From the NCBI GenBank assembly GCA_905178155.1, contig CAJINV010000002.1, positions 3,114,515-3,178,514 on the forward strand: 64,000 nucleotides of DNA, written 5' to 3'. The notes beneath the pieces are model-generated. The model was given only the letters and a program-made list of their open reading frames with translations, made no database searches and was not told the DNA's origin. Positions 22,214 to 34,518 of the stretch are shown here, one piece after another. The stretch comes from Amoebophrya sp. A120 (Eukaryota; Protista; Dinoflagellata). The position numbers and the translations under genes are program-made. Numbering within the stretch: position 1 is the first letter of the stretch; the number at the start of each line of letters is the position of its first letter.

Positions 22214-25135
22214 ATGTCAGGCGTAGAACCGGGCGTTCCGCCCGCGCAACTGAACTACTCCGCAAGCGCGCCAGTAATAAGGGAACCGCCACCAATATGC
22301 ATTGCAAAAGTATTGTACCGGTATAAATCGCATGAGACATTTCCTTAGGCTTAGCATGAGACATGAACAAATGTGTAATGAGGATTTGACTTGAGAAAGA
22401 AATTTGTAAGGCATGACAGCGATGATTACGAGTGCGATACTCTTGCAATGCATAACCAACCAACGCAGAATATTTCTTGCCCGTGAAGACATTGGAGCGT
22501 ATTATAGAACGGGTTGCTGTTATTTTGCCAGCATGACAAATCTCCTGATCACTGGCGCATGGGCACGCTTTTTTGCAATACAAATTTCATCGTCAACATG
22601 CACCGAATCCTATGAAATACAAACCGAGACAAAAACTAATATCTAAACCACAGCGAGGGTACCACTCGGTCGGTTTCCGAAGGACAGTGGGAAAACGAGT
22701 AGCCGCCTCGCAGACATCGAGAGACAAGCAAAAAAGTGCCCAGCACTATGACAGTGCACAACTCCCCCTCGTCCCCCTCATTTGTCATGCAAAACAGCAG
22801 ATCCACCCTACCTTACCCTTCTCCCTTAGGCACTGCTTGCATGACAAATTCCGGAAGCCGAAACAGCACTAGAGTCGGTTGCGAATTTGTCATGCAAAAG
22901 CTGCATTTTTGATGCCAGGACTTGTCTTGCTGTTCATGCAATACAAATCATGAGGGCGAGAGGGAGTTGCTAGGCACTTTCATAAGCACCAGGGAAATAC
23001 GACAAGGTCTCAACATGGGCGGATCCGGGAAAGAAAAGTAGAAATGTTGGTTTTTTGAAGTTTTGTCATGCATAATTCGCATTGAAGATGGAATTTGTGA
23101 TGCGTGGCCGCATGCTTTTCGACGTGTAACAAAATCTACTCCACCAGCCGGGACGCGTGGCATCAACGAGTCATGCAGCGGTTTTGGGTTCGCCTTCATG
23201 AAGGATTTATCCATTGCAAAAACATGGTGAACATTTCGGTTTTTTTGCCTTACAACTACAGGGGCTCTAGCATGATTAGCATTGCAAGAGGGAGCTGTCA
23301 TGCGCTATGCGCAACAACTACAGAAAGAGCGATTTGAATTTTGTTTTTGCAGTGCATAGATCTCCAGATGGAAGGGCGACGCAGAGGATATGGTGAAGAA
23401 AAGGGGATATCCTGTGCAAAAGTATCGTACTCGTATGAATGCAAGTCTTGCATTACAAATCTTTTTCTTAAGGTAAATCCGCATTACAGCTTTTATCTCT
23501 CATGCTAAGGAAATTTGCAATGCATTTATACGAGTACTACGATGCTTTTGCAGTTCATAGGGGACCGCAGCCCGGGCCGGGCCAGTATGAGAACAAGGAG
23601 GTACTATTTTTTCCATCTTCCATATGATTTTTGTCATGCACAATCTGCACTTTAATCGCGGTTTCTCATGCAGCATGTACATAATTACTGTATGTAGAAC
23701 GCAAAAAAACCATTAAAAAATCCAGTTCAACGTGAAGGGCGTAAATGCGGTGAAGCAGTCTTTGTCAGACATCAAGAGACCAGTCCTCGGCTACTTCCCA
23801 AAAGGCAAGAACCTCACATTCCTCGACAAGATAGGAAAGGGCGGTCCACCGGGACCACCACCATCGAAATACGGCGCTATTACGAAAAGCGCGGTATAGT
23901 TTGGGTGAGTTTTTTTGTCATGCGGCAACAGGTACATGAGACTTGCTTTGTGATGCAAAATGCCAGTACAAAATCCATGCTTAAGAAAATGAAACCCAAT
24001 CACAGGTTGCCCGAAACATGCTGGAGCCGCATCAACCCGCTTATCAAGTGCAAATATGTCTGTGTTTGAAAGAGTGCAACTTGTGATGCTGTGTTTGGAT
24101 TCTAAAAAAACCTGTGTTGCATGAGCAGCAAAAGGAGTCCAATTCTTGCTACGCGAAGAGGGCATTTTTCATGCGGGATAGGCATCAAGACGGCCGCAAA
24201 AAATCTGTGATGCTAGGGCGGACATCACGGAAATCATGCCTCATGCGAAACGTGCATGACAAGTTGCACCCTTCCAGACCTAGACATATTTGCATTGGAT
24301 ACCGCTCTGGCATGGACCAAGTCAAAGACGGAGTCGAGGAAAAAAGCGTCTGGTGGTTCGCTGGCACCAAATCACTACATATCAAATGCAAAAATGTCTT
24401 GGTCTGGAAGAATGCAAGTTTGTCATGCTTGTCTGGCATGACTCGAGAATCTGCGTTGCATAGGCACGAAAAAGCTCTCTTACCTGTCATGCAGAAACGC
24501 AGTGTGCCATGCGGAATACGTAAGACATGGCAGCCAAAAAATTTGTCATGCAAAGCTGCGTATTGCAGTGCGTCTATCATTCACTTTTAGCATTACAAGT
24601 TTCCAGACCCAGACATATTTGCAATCCATACTACACCATCAACTACAAAACGAAGGATTTGAAGATGCCAGCATGCTCTTTTCCGAAGGCGAAAGACACA
24701 AATTTTATCGACCAGACGGTAATACTAAAAATATGTTTCGCAAACAGATGGTTTTTGAGACTGCCCAAGATGGGGAGGATCATACTCATGACAAAAAAAT
24801 TTCCCAAAGCACCATGACGCATGACAAATTCGAAAAAAAAAAATCCCAAAGGTCCGCGCAAAGAATTGGCAGCCAGCACCTGGCAAGTACGATTTGATCA
24901 AGGTGGAGAAGTATTCCCGAGGTTTATCAAATTGAAAATAAACACGACATTGATGATGTTGATAAGTCTGTATTGCAATTTTCCCATTTGAAACGGTAAT
25001 ATCGGACTGGAATTCTTGCAACACAAATTTCACAATTTTGCAGAGTCATCCTTGTTGTGTTTTTCAATTTGATACATCGCAAAGTACTGCCAAGTCAACA
25101 ACGTGGGGAGGAGCTCTCTGAACGGTTTGTTCTAA
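22214..25135 (+). CDS. Sperm-tail PG-rich repeat (STPGR/SHIPPO/ODF3-like) protein; about 12 introns; not visible in the ORF track
   Basis: Reconstructed frame MSGVEPGVPP...CPAPGKY...QPGPGQY...GPPPSKY...LAPNHY...QPAPGKY. GT-AG introns 22499-22653, 23038-23147, 23601-23725, 23894-24005, 24719-24851, plus introners. The last junction and stop (TAA 25133-25135, or TGA near 25398) are uncertain. Confidence 0.72.
22296..22454. mobile_element. Introner family B (reverse orientation)
   Basis: TSD ACCAA. Confidence 0.9.
22747..22984. mobile_element. Introner family G
   Basis: tatgacagtgcacaactcccc ... gggagttgctaggcactttcata; TSD AGCAC. Confidence 0.85.
23208..23358. mobile_element. Degenerate introner
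   Basis: tatccattgcaaaaaca ... tgtttttgcagtgcata; TSD not clean (GGATT/GATCT). Confidence 0.7.
23408..23559. mobile_element. Introner family B
   Basis: TSD GGGGA. Confidence 0.92.
24042..24301. mobile_element. Introner family A
   Basis: TSD CCGCT. Confidence 0.92.
24380..24630. mobile_element. Introner family A
   Basis: TSD CTACA. Confidence 0.93.
24925..25074. mobile_element. Introner-like element without a recognisable TSD
   Basis: tatcaaattgaaaa ... ttttcaatttgata. Confidence 0.75.
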
Positions 25136-25137
25136 GG

Positions 25138-25325
25138 TATCCTGTGCAAAAGTATCGTAGTACTCGTATTGCAATCATGCATTACAAATCTTTTTCCTGA
25201 GGTAAATCAGCATTACAGATTTTATTTCTCATGCTGAGGAAATTTGTAGGTTATTAACCCATATTTCTATACTTTACCAATAAGAATAATGCATTTATAC
25301 GAGTGCGATACTTTTGCAGTTCATA
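25138..25325. mobile_element. Introner family B with an extra internal ~36 bp
   Basis: TSD TAAGG. Confidence 0.9.
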
Positions 25326-26837
25326 TAAGGAGGAGGGGAGCGACGTAGTGCTACCGGATGAAGCTTTTCACGCGGCCTATCGTTCGAGAAGGCGATGAAA
25401 TAATAGGTCTCGCGAGAGAACTCATCTGAAAATGAAAAATGTATCTATACTAAAATCTTCTTCAAAACGCATCAACCTGAAACTACTTTACGCATCTTCT
25501 TCAACAAGTACACGTAATTATATCGTATAGGATCATTTACAGCTTATCCATTGTTTCCTACTAGTAAATCTTGCAACTGATACTATTTTCAGTACCCTTT
25601 GATAGGGTATTGAAACTCGTCCTACTTCTGAACAAATCTAGCAAAAGGTACTGCACTAGCGATATGCTGCTATACTGCTTAAATAAACTTGGCAAAACTT
25701 CATACAATTTCGAGGATATTCATATTAGAAACTAGTACTCTGGCACGTGTTTGATATCCTCAAAGCTTGTCCTGTCAGTGTGGCGCAACAAGAGACGAGC
25801 GCCTTCAACTGTATGATTGAACTACCGGCGAATCACGAGAAGACACCGAATCGCCTCGGCCGTGCTTTCGAACTAAACAGTATCAAGAAAAGACTATGTA
25901 CATAAACGGAAAGCGAAAGCTTCGAATCGAACCGATCGGGGGCAGCTCATGCCTTGCAGACTTGCTACAATCTTCCGCTTTGGGAATCGGGGTGATGCTA
26001 CTGGGACAAGGAAATCAAAGCCACTTCCTCGTACACTCGTCCTGGAAAGCAAGTTATCACTCGGCAGGCCGTTCGTGGGGTTTATAGCCTGAAGATCGTG
26101 CTGTGAGAGTGAATTCGTTGTAGCTGCCGCGAGTGCAGGAGCTCCTGAGCGGAAGAGACATATTTGAATGGTTGCTTGGCGTGAGCTCTTGACGTCTTGT
26201 ACTAATATTGCCATTCCTTGCTGGCCCATATAATATTTCCCTGTCAGAACTAGTAGGTCTAGGTAGAGGTCGTACTAAGTAGTTGTGTGTATCAAAGGAA
26301 ATCACTCGGACGAACGAGGACAAGGCTGGTGTCAAGAACAGAAGGCCCAGGCCGCTAGAACAAGTAGTAGGTACAAAAAAATGCTCAACTCCGTAATCAG
26401 TAGCGGGGTGAATTCCCTTTCCGCTGCTCTCACCGGGCAATCGTCTATATCCCCGTTGAAACTGAAATTCTAGTTCCGCGATTCGGAGTTGCCATCCATT
26501 GTTCGGTGTAGAAGTTGTTAGTTTGTTCTTGCTCATGTTAGATTCTGATAGAGGCCCTTTTGCATTCCTTGTGTGTCGAGACTAACAGCCTCCTTTCTTT
26601 TAGCCACCTGGAGTGGCTTAGTCAGGTCGTGTCGTGGGCCTATTTCCGGGGAGGTTTTCTTTTCAACTTTGCCCCCTACAAATGGCCCGCTTTTGACCGC
26701 CCTGAAGTGGCGATGTCAGGTCGTGATTTGGGTACGATTTCGTGCTGAAATTTATTGCTCTTTTTCACGAACGCAACCAGCCAGGAGTGGTCCAGCTCTC
26801 AGTACCTCAAAAAAAACTGCTTCTTGATTTTGCTTGT

Positions 26838-27372
26838 AATAAAAATAAAATTTTAAAATTTCGCGGATTTGGTAAGCTTTAAATGAGCCAATGGAGCAAG
26901 AGAAATGGTGTGACTCGCCCTGCTTAAAGACAAAAAGCAACACGATGTTGACGCACCCTCCGATAAAGATGAAGCTTCAAAGTTTCGCTGATTTGCTATT
27001 GCAATAAAAATAAAATTTTAAAATTTCGCGGATTTGGCTAAGCCATAAAAATAAAATTTTAAAATTTCGCGGATTTGGGATCATCTGTATTGGTGACAAG
27101 TCGTCGCCAGACCACGACGCTTGTAGGACCGCTTCGGATGTATCAGTTTCGTTCGAAAACCATTCTAGCTTTGTCGTTTGGTTTTTGAGCTCAATAAAAA
27201 TAAAATTTTCAAATTTCGCGGATTTGTCATCGTGTCTATTGGCGACAAGTCGTCGCCAGACCACGACGCTTCAATCGCTTCGGATGTATCAGTTTCGTTC
27301 GAAAACCATTCTACCTCAGTCGTTTTGGTTTTTGAACTCAATAAAAATAAAATTTTGAAATTTCGCGGATTT
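26838..27372. repeat. Five copies of aataaaaataaaattttaaaatttcgcggattt, including a ~147-bp tandem duplication
   Basis: Copies near 26838, 27003, 27046, 27193, 27340; block tattggYgacaagtcgtcgccagaccacgacgctt...gaaaaccattcta occurs twice. Confidence 0.85.
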
Positions 27373-27458
27373 CCGCGAAGTTTGAAACTTTCGTGAACAG
27401 CAATTGGTCGATGTTACAGTATTATCGTGTCCTTATTTCGATCGAAAACCGACGGGAA

Positions 27459-28291
27459 ATGAAGAAAAAAAGCAGTGTGGTGGAAGTATGTATTCAGTAT
27501 GAGTTTGTACGACGTACCACGACCCAGATCTCCATCATATCAACGAACTTTTTTGATCTGAAGCAACTCCAACTCCGGGGAACAGAATTTCAAATTTTTC
27601 CTACCCATAATCCTCCACTTCCTCCCGACAGCAGCGAGCCAGCGTGAACAGCCACTTTTTCGAGTCGAAGCAGGAAAATCAACGGAACAAGGAGAAATTT
27701 GAGGAAGTCGCTTCGGATGAGGAACAATTACAGTGGGAGCACGAAGATGAAGTCGAAGAGTTTAACAACAACCATCCCGACTCCAAACCCATCCCCTTCG
27801 ACTACGAAAGAGAAGTCTCGGAGGATTTGCGAAAGCAGGAATCCGCAAAAATCCTCGAGAAATTTCCCACCCGCGTCCCCCTGATTTGCGAAAAGCACCC
27901 AACCAACGGGAAGTTTTTGCCGACACTGAAAAGGAAGAAATTTCTAGTGCCGGAAGTGATGACGCTGGCGCAGTTTTCGCTGTTGTTGAAGCAGCAAATG
28001 GACTCGGAGGCGCAGGAGGAAGCGGACGCAGGAGGGGGAAGGAGCAGTGCTATTGCAAGATCACCCGCCGGCGGCGGTTCTTGTCAACCGGATCACCAAG
28101 CCGCAGTGCAGCAACCCAGGCGCCGCCGGTCGGTCAAGAACACGGCGCTGTATTTCCTCTTGAAAAACCGGCAAGCGCCGATGTTGAGCCACGAATTGAA
28201 GCAGTTATATGGGAAGAACGTAAGTGAGGACGGGTTTCTCTACCTGCACTTGTGCGAAGAGGCGGTTTTTGGTGCTGGGGGTGGTGTGTGA
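27459..28291 (+). CDS. ATG8: ATG8/LC3/GABARAP-family ubiquitin-like protein with acidic N-extension and internal insertion; probable intron 27486-27631
   Basis: RKQESAKILEKFPTRVPLICEK, KKFLVP, EDGFLYL and C-terminal EAVFG-AGGGV. The ORF lacks an ATG; upstream exon MKKKSSVVE followed by GTATGT joins in frame. Confidence 0.85.
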
Positions 28292-29126
28292 AGCGCTGCA
28301 GCTTTGGTCTACAAAGTCGAAAATACGTATACGAGTTTTTGAAAGAATGAATTCAGATTGAATTGCAGGCAAGATGAACATCAGTATTTGTGTGCCACCT
28401 CTCCGAGAATTTTTTAGTCTGCTACTACGCCTAGTATCTACGGTCGTTTTTACGTCGTCTTCTGGAGGTGCCTTGTTTCCTACTCCAAGATATTGCGCAT
28501 GATGTGCCCTTTCGTCCTCGTTTCAGATTGTTTAACAGGTTCCAGTCTTCGTGCAGCTCTACGGCATCTTGTTCTCTTCGTGTTGTTGTATATTCGATTG
28601 TGATCATTTTGTTGCTAGATAAAAGTAAGTAGACTGATCCGCTACTTGATGTTGTTGACACTTTTTTACATGTACACCACCACCTGATTCCATTTCTTCA
28701 GCAGCAAAAATCACACAGTTTCTGTTTCAAACACAAGAGCTGCGGCTGCGGCATGCTTCTTGTTGGAACGCAACAAGGCAGATGTTTTGTTCCGCCTCTG
28801 GTAGTTTTTTTTGCAAGTTCGCAAGACCGTGCAGGAGGACACGCGGGCTTTTTCTTTCGAAAGCTGCTGATTCATGCAGCCACTGCAGGAGCGGGGGGTG
28901 GGTAAAAATGACAACCGAGGTTCCTTTTTTGATTAAGGAGTGGGAGAATAGGGAAAGGGATCTTCGTGATATATTTTTTGGCGATTTATTTGAGGCCGCG
29001 AAGATGGCAAGTATTTTCTGGTCGCTTGAATCGAGTGTAGATACGACCAAGAATTTGATCACTTCCTCTCATCGCATGCGCAGCAAGTAAGTGTGAAAAA
29101 CTTTCTACTAAAGTTGCAAACACAAC

Positions 29127-32100
29127 ATGGCCGCTCCCGCTGCTACCTCGCTGACTCTTTTGGAAGACGTGTCCTCGCCTTGGGACAGTTTTCCAGTGAG
29201 GAAAAGTGAGACTCTGAAAGAAGTGCCGGCCACAAGCGGTAGCAACATGCAAGACAGCACGACAGGACCAAGAGCTACACCTTCACGCTGCAGCGACATA
29301 AACGCGGACGCAGTAAATGTAAAAGTAGACGCCGTGGCACAAGAGCCCCCCCGGCTACTGACCGACCTCCAACTGGCCCAGTACCTTGTGGACTCGCAAA
29401 TCTGTGCAAACTTGCAACATCAACGTCAAACGACGGTGGAGGTGGTGTTTGAGAGTAGAAGTGCGTCGTGTCCTGTCCGACGTGAAGAAGAAGATGCTCT
29501 TGCAACAACCTCCAAAACAGGTACTAGTAAAAATACAACTGGCGCCACATCACAGCCGCTGCGAATTGTGAAGAAGAGCAGCGCAACTGCAACTGCAACA
29601 GAAGACGGTGGACAAGGGGAACAAGATATTAGCTCGTTTTCTGAACTAGCCAGCCTGAGTGTCCACGTGTGCCAAGCGGCGGTGGAGGAAGGGATGCAAA
29701 CAAGCGATAACGACGATCCGTCGGAAAGAAGCTGGCATGAGGAAACTACATCAGACCACGTTGAGGAACATCAAGAACTACATCCTACTTGTGTTGCAGC
29801 ACAGCATGACAACCCGAATAATTTACTTGCTGAGCAGCATGACAAAAACGACCGCGACCCAGCGACGGACGACGACCTAAACGACGCCGAGCTCGATGTC
29901 GCTCAGGACGACGACGATAGCAGCAGCGTGACCTTTTCGGTCGCGGAATTTGATGTCATGCAGAAGGACAAGCCGCAGTCAGGAACAGCAGGCTTGCGAA
30001 CTGCAGAGTCCGCGCATAAACAGGCAAATCGTCATCCATCTCCGAAGACATCATCTTCGAGGCCGACGCCGGTCGTTGTAAACAAAAATCGCATGATGCG
30101 AACCAGACCCGCGACAGCCGGGGCGACTGCAACAGCTGCGACCCCCGTCCGCCCTCTGACCGCGGGGGGAACCAGACAACGGCCACAGCAGCAGGCGGAG
30201 CATAACTTTCTCACTTCCGGTTGTTCCACGGTTCTTGGCAGCAGTTGTGGAGAATATCAAAATTCGAGAACGCCTGCTCCGGGAGTGACAGTGAACTCGA
30301 CATCAAAGACGGCAAAGAAATCCTTCCTGGAGAAAACGCCGTGGTTCTTCGAAAGTCAAAACGACGCGTCTACTGCCCACGACCTCCAAGTAGGACCACT
30401 ACAACAGCAGGCCGCGAACTACGACAGCCACATACCGTTCCAAAAACGCAAAGAAGCCTTGGAATGGGATTTCAACTCGACATTGAAAAAGCTCCGAGAC
30501 CTCTCTGGACAGGGGAAGAGACCGCAGATTCAGGAGTTTTTGGACATTGTGGACTCCGGGATTGTGTTCGACCGGTATGGGAATTTGAACACGACGGGGG
30601 CTCATCTTTCCACTTCTCCAAACAACACCGGCACGACGGGAAACTGGCACTCCATCTTCTCCACCTCCGCGCAAGACGTCGGAGCAGGTTGGAGAAATAA
30701 GCAAAACTACAGCTCCCGACCAAACACGGCTTCTGGCGCTGGGACTGCAGCTTCTGATACACGCAAGAACTGCAGCCGACCTGCTAGTCGGAGCGGTGGG
30801 AGAACGAAGAAAAGTTCTTACCAACACCGTCAGGTCCCGGGTGATGTTGCAAATGATGAAAGAGGAGGCGTTCTTGCAGGTGAGCAGCAGAATGTGAATG
30901 TCACCACGATAGACCCGCACGACGTTGACAACGCCACTCCCTCTCCGCAGAAGAAAAAACAATTTTACGATACCAAGCGGCCCAAATCTTCCGGGCAGTA
31001 TGGCGGTCGAGGCAGTAGTACGACCAGCCGCCCGACCACGCCCCGCCCCGCGCCAATCATAAACCCGTTTACAGTGACCTTGCAGCCCAAGCCGCCGGCG
31101 GGTGGAGTGGGTGGCGCTGGTCGAACTAGAAGCAGCAACACCACCAGGCCGGTTTCCGCCCGTCCCGGTGCTCAGCACAATCTAAACCTGGCAGGCGGGC
31201 GGGTGAATGTCAGCACGAGACCGAAGTCTGCGGCGCCGGGCAGAAGCACGACAATTCAGTTGAATGTCAACAAAATGAAGAGCGGGAATACGGGGGTGCC
31301 TGTAGCTAGTGTTTTGGCACCAGATGCCGGTCCTGCAGAAGATCACAGTAACAGCAAGAATGCCGGCGTGGAGAAGTCAACGCGGCCAACGACCTTGAAA
31401 CCAAAACTTCCAGGTCAACATCAAGGTCGAGCTACTACAGCGGCAATTTCTACAGCTACAAAAGATGTTGAAAATAAAGAAACCAAACAAAATAACTCCC
31501 CCCTCTTCCCACCCGTCCTGCCTCAACAACAGACTGAGTCGACTTCTTCCCTGCAATTCACCGAGATTGACAACCAAGTCTCGCCGAAAGCCTGGAAAAC
31601 GCAGATGCGGAAAAACAAGAAGGAGTTCTGCCAAAGGTGGAAACGAGAGCAGGAGACGCAGGAATTTGAGTTGAAGCAGGCGTTCGAGAAAATTGAGGAG
31701 GAGTGCCAGATATCCTGTGCAAAAGTATCGTACTGCTCGTAGTAATTGCAGCCATGCAGTACAAATCTTTGTCTTAAGGGAAATCTGCATTACAAATTTT
31801 CGTTGTCACGCTGAGGATATTTGTATTGCTATTCCTACTAGTACGATGCTTTTGCAGTTCATACCAGAACACGGATCTGATGCACCCGAAAATGAAAGAA
31901 GCGAAGGAGATTTTGAAAAGGGAAGTATCCCCGGAGTCTTTCCGCTACGGAAGATATTGGGAATACGATGCGGACGAAGCGTTTATTTTGCAGGAACAAA
32001 AAGAGGAAGAAGAGCGGAAGCTGAAAATCGAACAGGAGTTAATGGCTGGAACTTGTTCTAGTGGGGGTAGACGGAGGGGAAGTGACTTGAAAAGGAAAAC

Positions 32101-34518
32101 AACAACGTCGAATTTAATATCGGGGCAGAACATCAAAAGTGGGACTGCTGTAGCAGCAGGTTCTTCCGGCGGCGCAACCGGAACGACTGCAGGTACTTTC
32201 AATGCGGCAACACCAATGCACCAGACGGGAGCAGCTCCGGGAAGCACAACTCACACGAATCCCTCTTCGCCGATGTCAGTCTTCGCCGGCTCTCCGAAAA
32301 CTGGAAAGAACACGACCACGGTAACAACATCAGCCGAAGCCGCAGCTCTCTCTTCAACCAGTAAACTGAAAAAGCGGATGAAAAAGAAAGTAGAAGCGAA
32401 ATCTGCGAACGCCTCGCCCGCGAAGGGAGGCTGCACGACAAGTGCTGGACATAGTCAAATAACGCAGCAAGATGTTGGTGCCGCTGGTGGCGTTGATAGA
32501 AGCAAGAAGGAGAAGAAAAACGAAAAAGGATCGACGTGTAACACAACTGGTCCACCAACTACGAAAGCTGCAACTAAGAAACCCGATGCAGCTTCATCTA
32601 CAACTAATCCCGCAAACGACCCGCCTTTACTCTTCTCCGCTTTTCTCGACCAAGAGCTCACAACCGAGGATAAAGAGATCCGCGCTCTAGCGAAGCGGAC
32701 GAACATCCCGGTGTTATCCTGTGAGAGGATCAAACAGGTTTTCGACCTCTACGACGAAGATGAGTCTGGGAAGATGGAGTACCCAGAATTCGAAAAAGTG
32801 TTTCTCCAGCTGTTAGGAATCGCCCCTCCCTCCCCAATCGTCCAAGATGAGGACCAAAACGTATCCGATTCCGATTTTTTCTCCTCCGAAGAGGATGAAG
32901 AGACCCGGCAGAAGCGGAAGCAGATTTTATCCCGGCAGAGCAGTAAAGAGAACGAACAGCGGAGGATGACCAGACAGCGGTTGTTTTCCTCATTGGGGCT
33001 GGGGCCGGGCATGTTCCAGGAGAAGTTGGAATTGAAAAACTTGGAGTACAAACACATACTGGGAGCAGCCGCGACGGGAACAAGCAGCAATAGTGCGAAA
33101 AAACCGCATGACAAGTCGTCTTCTTCACCGACAAACACCAACACACATCTTACCAAAAGCCACGTGAACAGCATGATTCCGCCGACACGGGTGAAATCTT
33201 TTTGGTTAGACGTCGACCGAGATAACTCGGGCGAGATTGAATTCGAGGAATTCTTGATCTGGTTTTACCACACTTTTGAACTCCCAACCAGGTCGGAAGA
33301 AGACCTCCGGTTCGAACGCATGAATGAAACCGCGAAGCAGTTGTCACCGGGGAACCGGGGGTTGTCGAAAAAGGAGGTGAATCGGTTACGGGAGAAACGG
33401 GAAGAGGATTTAGTGGTGCGGAAATTGTTGTTCGGACCTGGGTTTGACGGCGGTGGTGGAGCAACAGGGGGAATTAGCTTGGAGGAACAAGAAGGAACAC
33501 TTCAAACTTCTGATGCAAAACATCAACAAGCAGCGAAAAATACTAAGATCACGACCCACAACAAGCTCCCGATCCGAACGTTAGATGACGATGAATCCTT
33601 CTACCCGCCACCCTTTGTTTACAAGCCCGAGCTCTGTGAACGGCCGAACTCCGCGGTGCCTGGGGGGAGTAGAGCGAGGCGGATGCCGCGGACGTCTATG
33701 AATTCCACAACGAACGACACCGGTGTCCACTTCGTCCCGGATCACGTGCACGAAATGCAGATGAGTTTGCCACCACGGCCGGCTACCGCAGGTGGGGGAT
33801 CCAGAGTGCGAAACCGTTCGGGACTCGCGGGGGAGGGTACTAGAAACCAGCAATTTAATATCCCGATGAACAAGCAGGACCTGTTTTCCACGACCGAGAA
33901 CCAGCCACCGCGGTCCCTCACTCCCCAGGAACTCTTCTACTCGGTCGCCATCGGCGGGCGGGGGCGATCCGGGCTAGTCCGGGAGCAGATTATGCGGGGC
34001 GGGCAGTTTTATCAAATGCAAAAATGTCTGGGTCTGGAACCTTGCTCGACTTGTCATGCAGGTTTTCCATGATCCATATGATCTGTAATGGAGGACCTAG
34101 CATGACAGGTTCCGCGAGATCACTATCATGCCTATCCTGCATGAGAAACTGCCTCTCAACTTGATCAAAAGTTGGCAGCATTTGGTAATCATGCAACACA
34201 GATTTTTGCGCGATTCAGATTTAGCATGACAAGTTCCAACTTCCAGACCCAGACAGTTTTGCAGTGCATAAGTTTAAGAAAAATTCGGAACTCGATTCGG
34301 AATTTCAGCAGTGGAAGATGGAAAACTGCCCCTGGCACAACGAAGAGAAGGATCGAAAGGCGAATTTCCTAGTGCAGAAAAACCAACAGATTGCGAACGC
34401 GAAGCGGAATAGACATTCGGTCAGCCCAGGGTCGCCGAAGGTTTTGAACGCACTCTCTCTGCGAGGCGGAACTCACGGTGGAGCTATGGCGGCGACGGCA
34501 TTTGTGGCCAGGAGCTGA
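29127..34518 (+). CDS. Large low-complexity protein with two EF-hand motifs; two introner introns
   Basis: ORFs 29127..31742, 31826..34072 and 34264..34518 join in frame after removing 31711-31868 and 34010-34275; EF-hands DEDESGKMEYPE and DRDNSGEIEFEE. Confidence 0.82.
31711..31863. mobile_element. Introner family B
   Basis: TSD CCAGA. Confidence 0.93.
34010..34270. mobile_element. Introner family A
   Basis: TSD AGTTT; body similar to 14137-14397. Confidence 0.93.

Noticed and set aside
26838-27372. CRISPR array
   Set aside because: Spacers are irregular (about 10-130 bp), two are duplicates of each other, there are no cas genes, and the context is eukaryotic.
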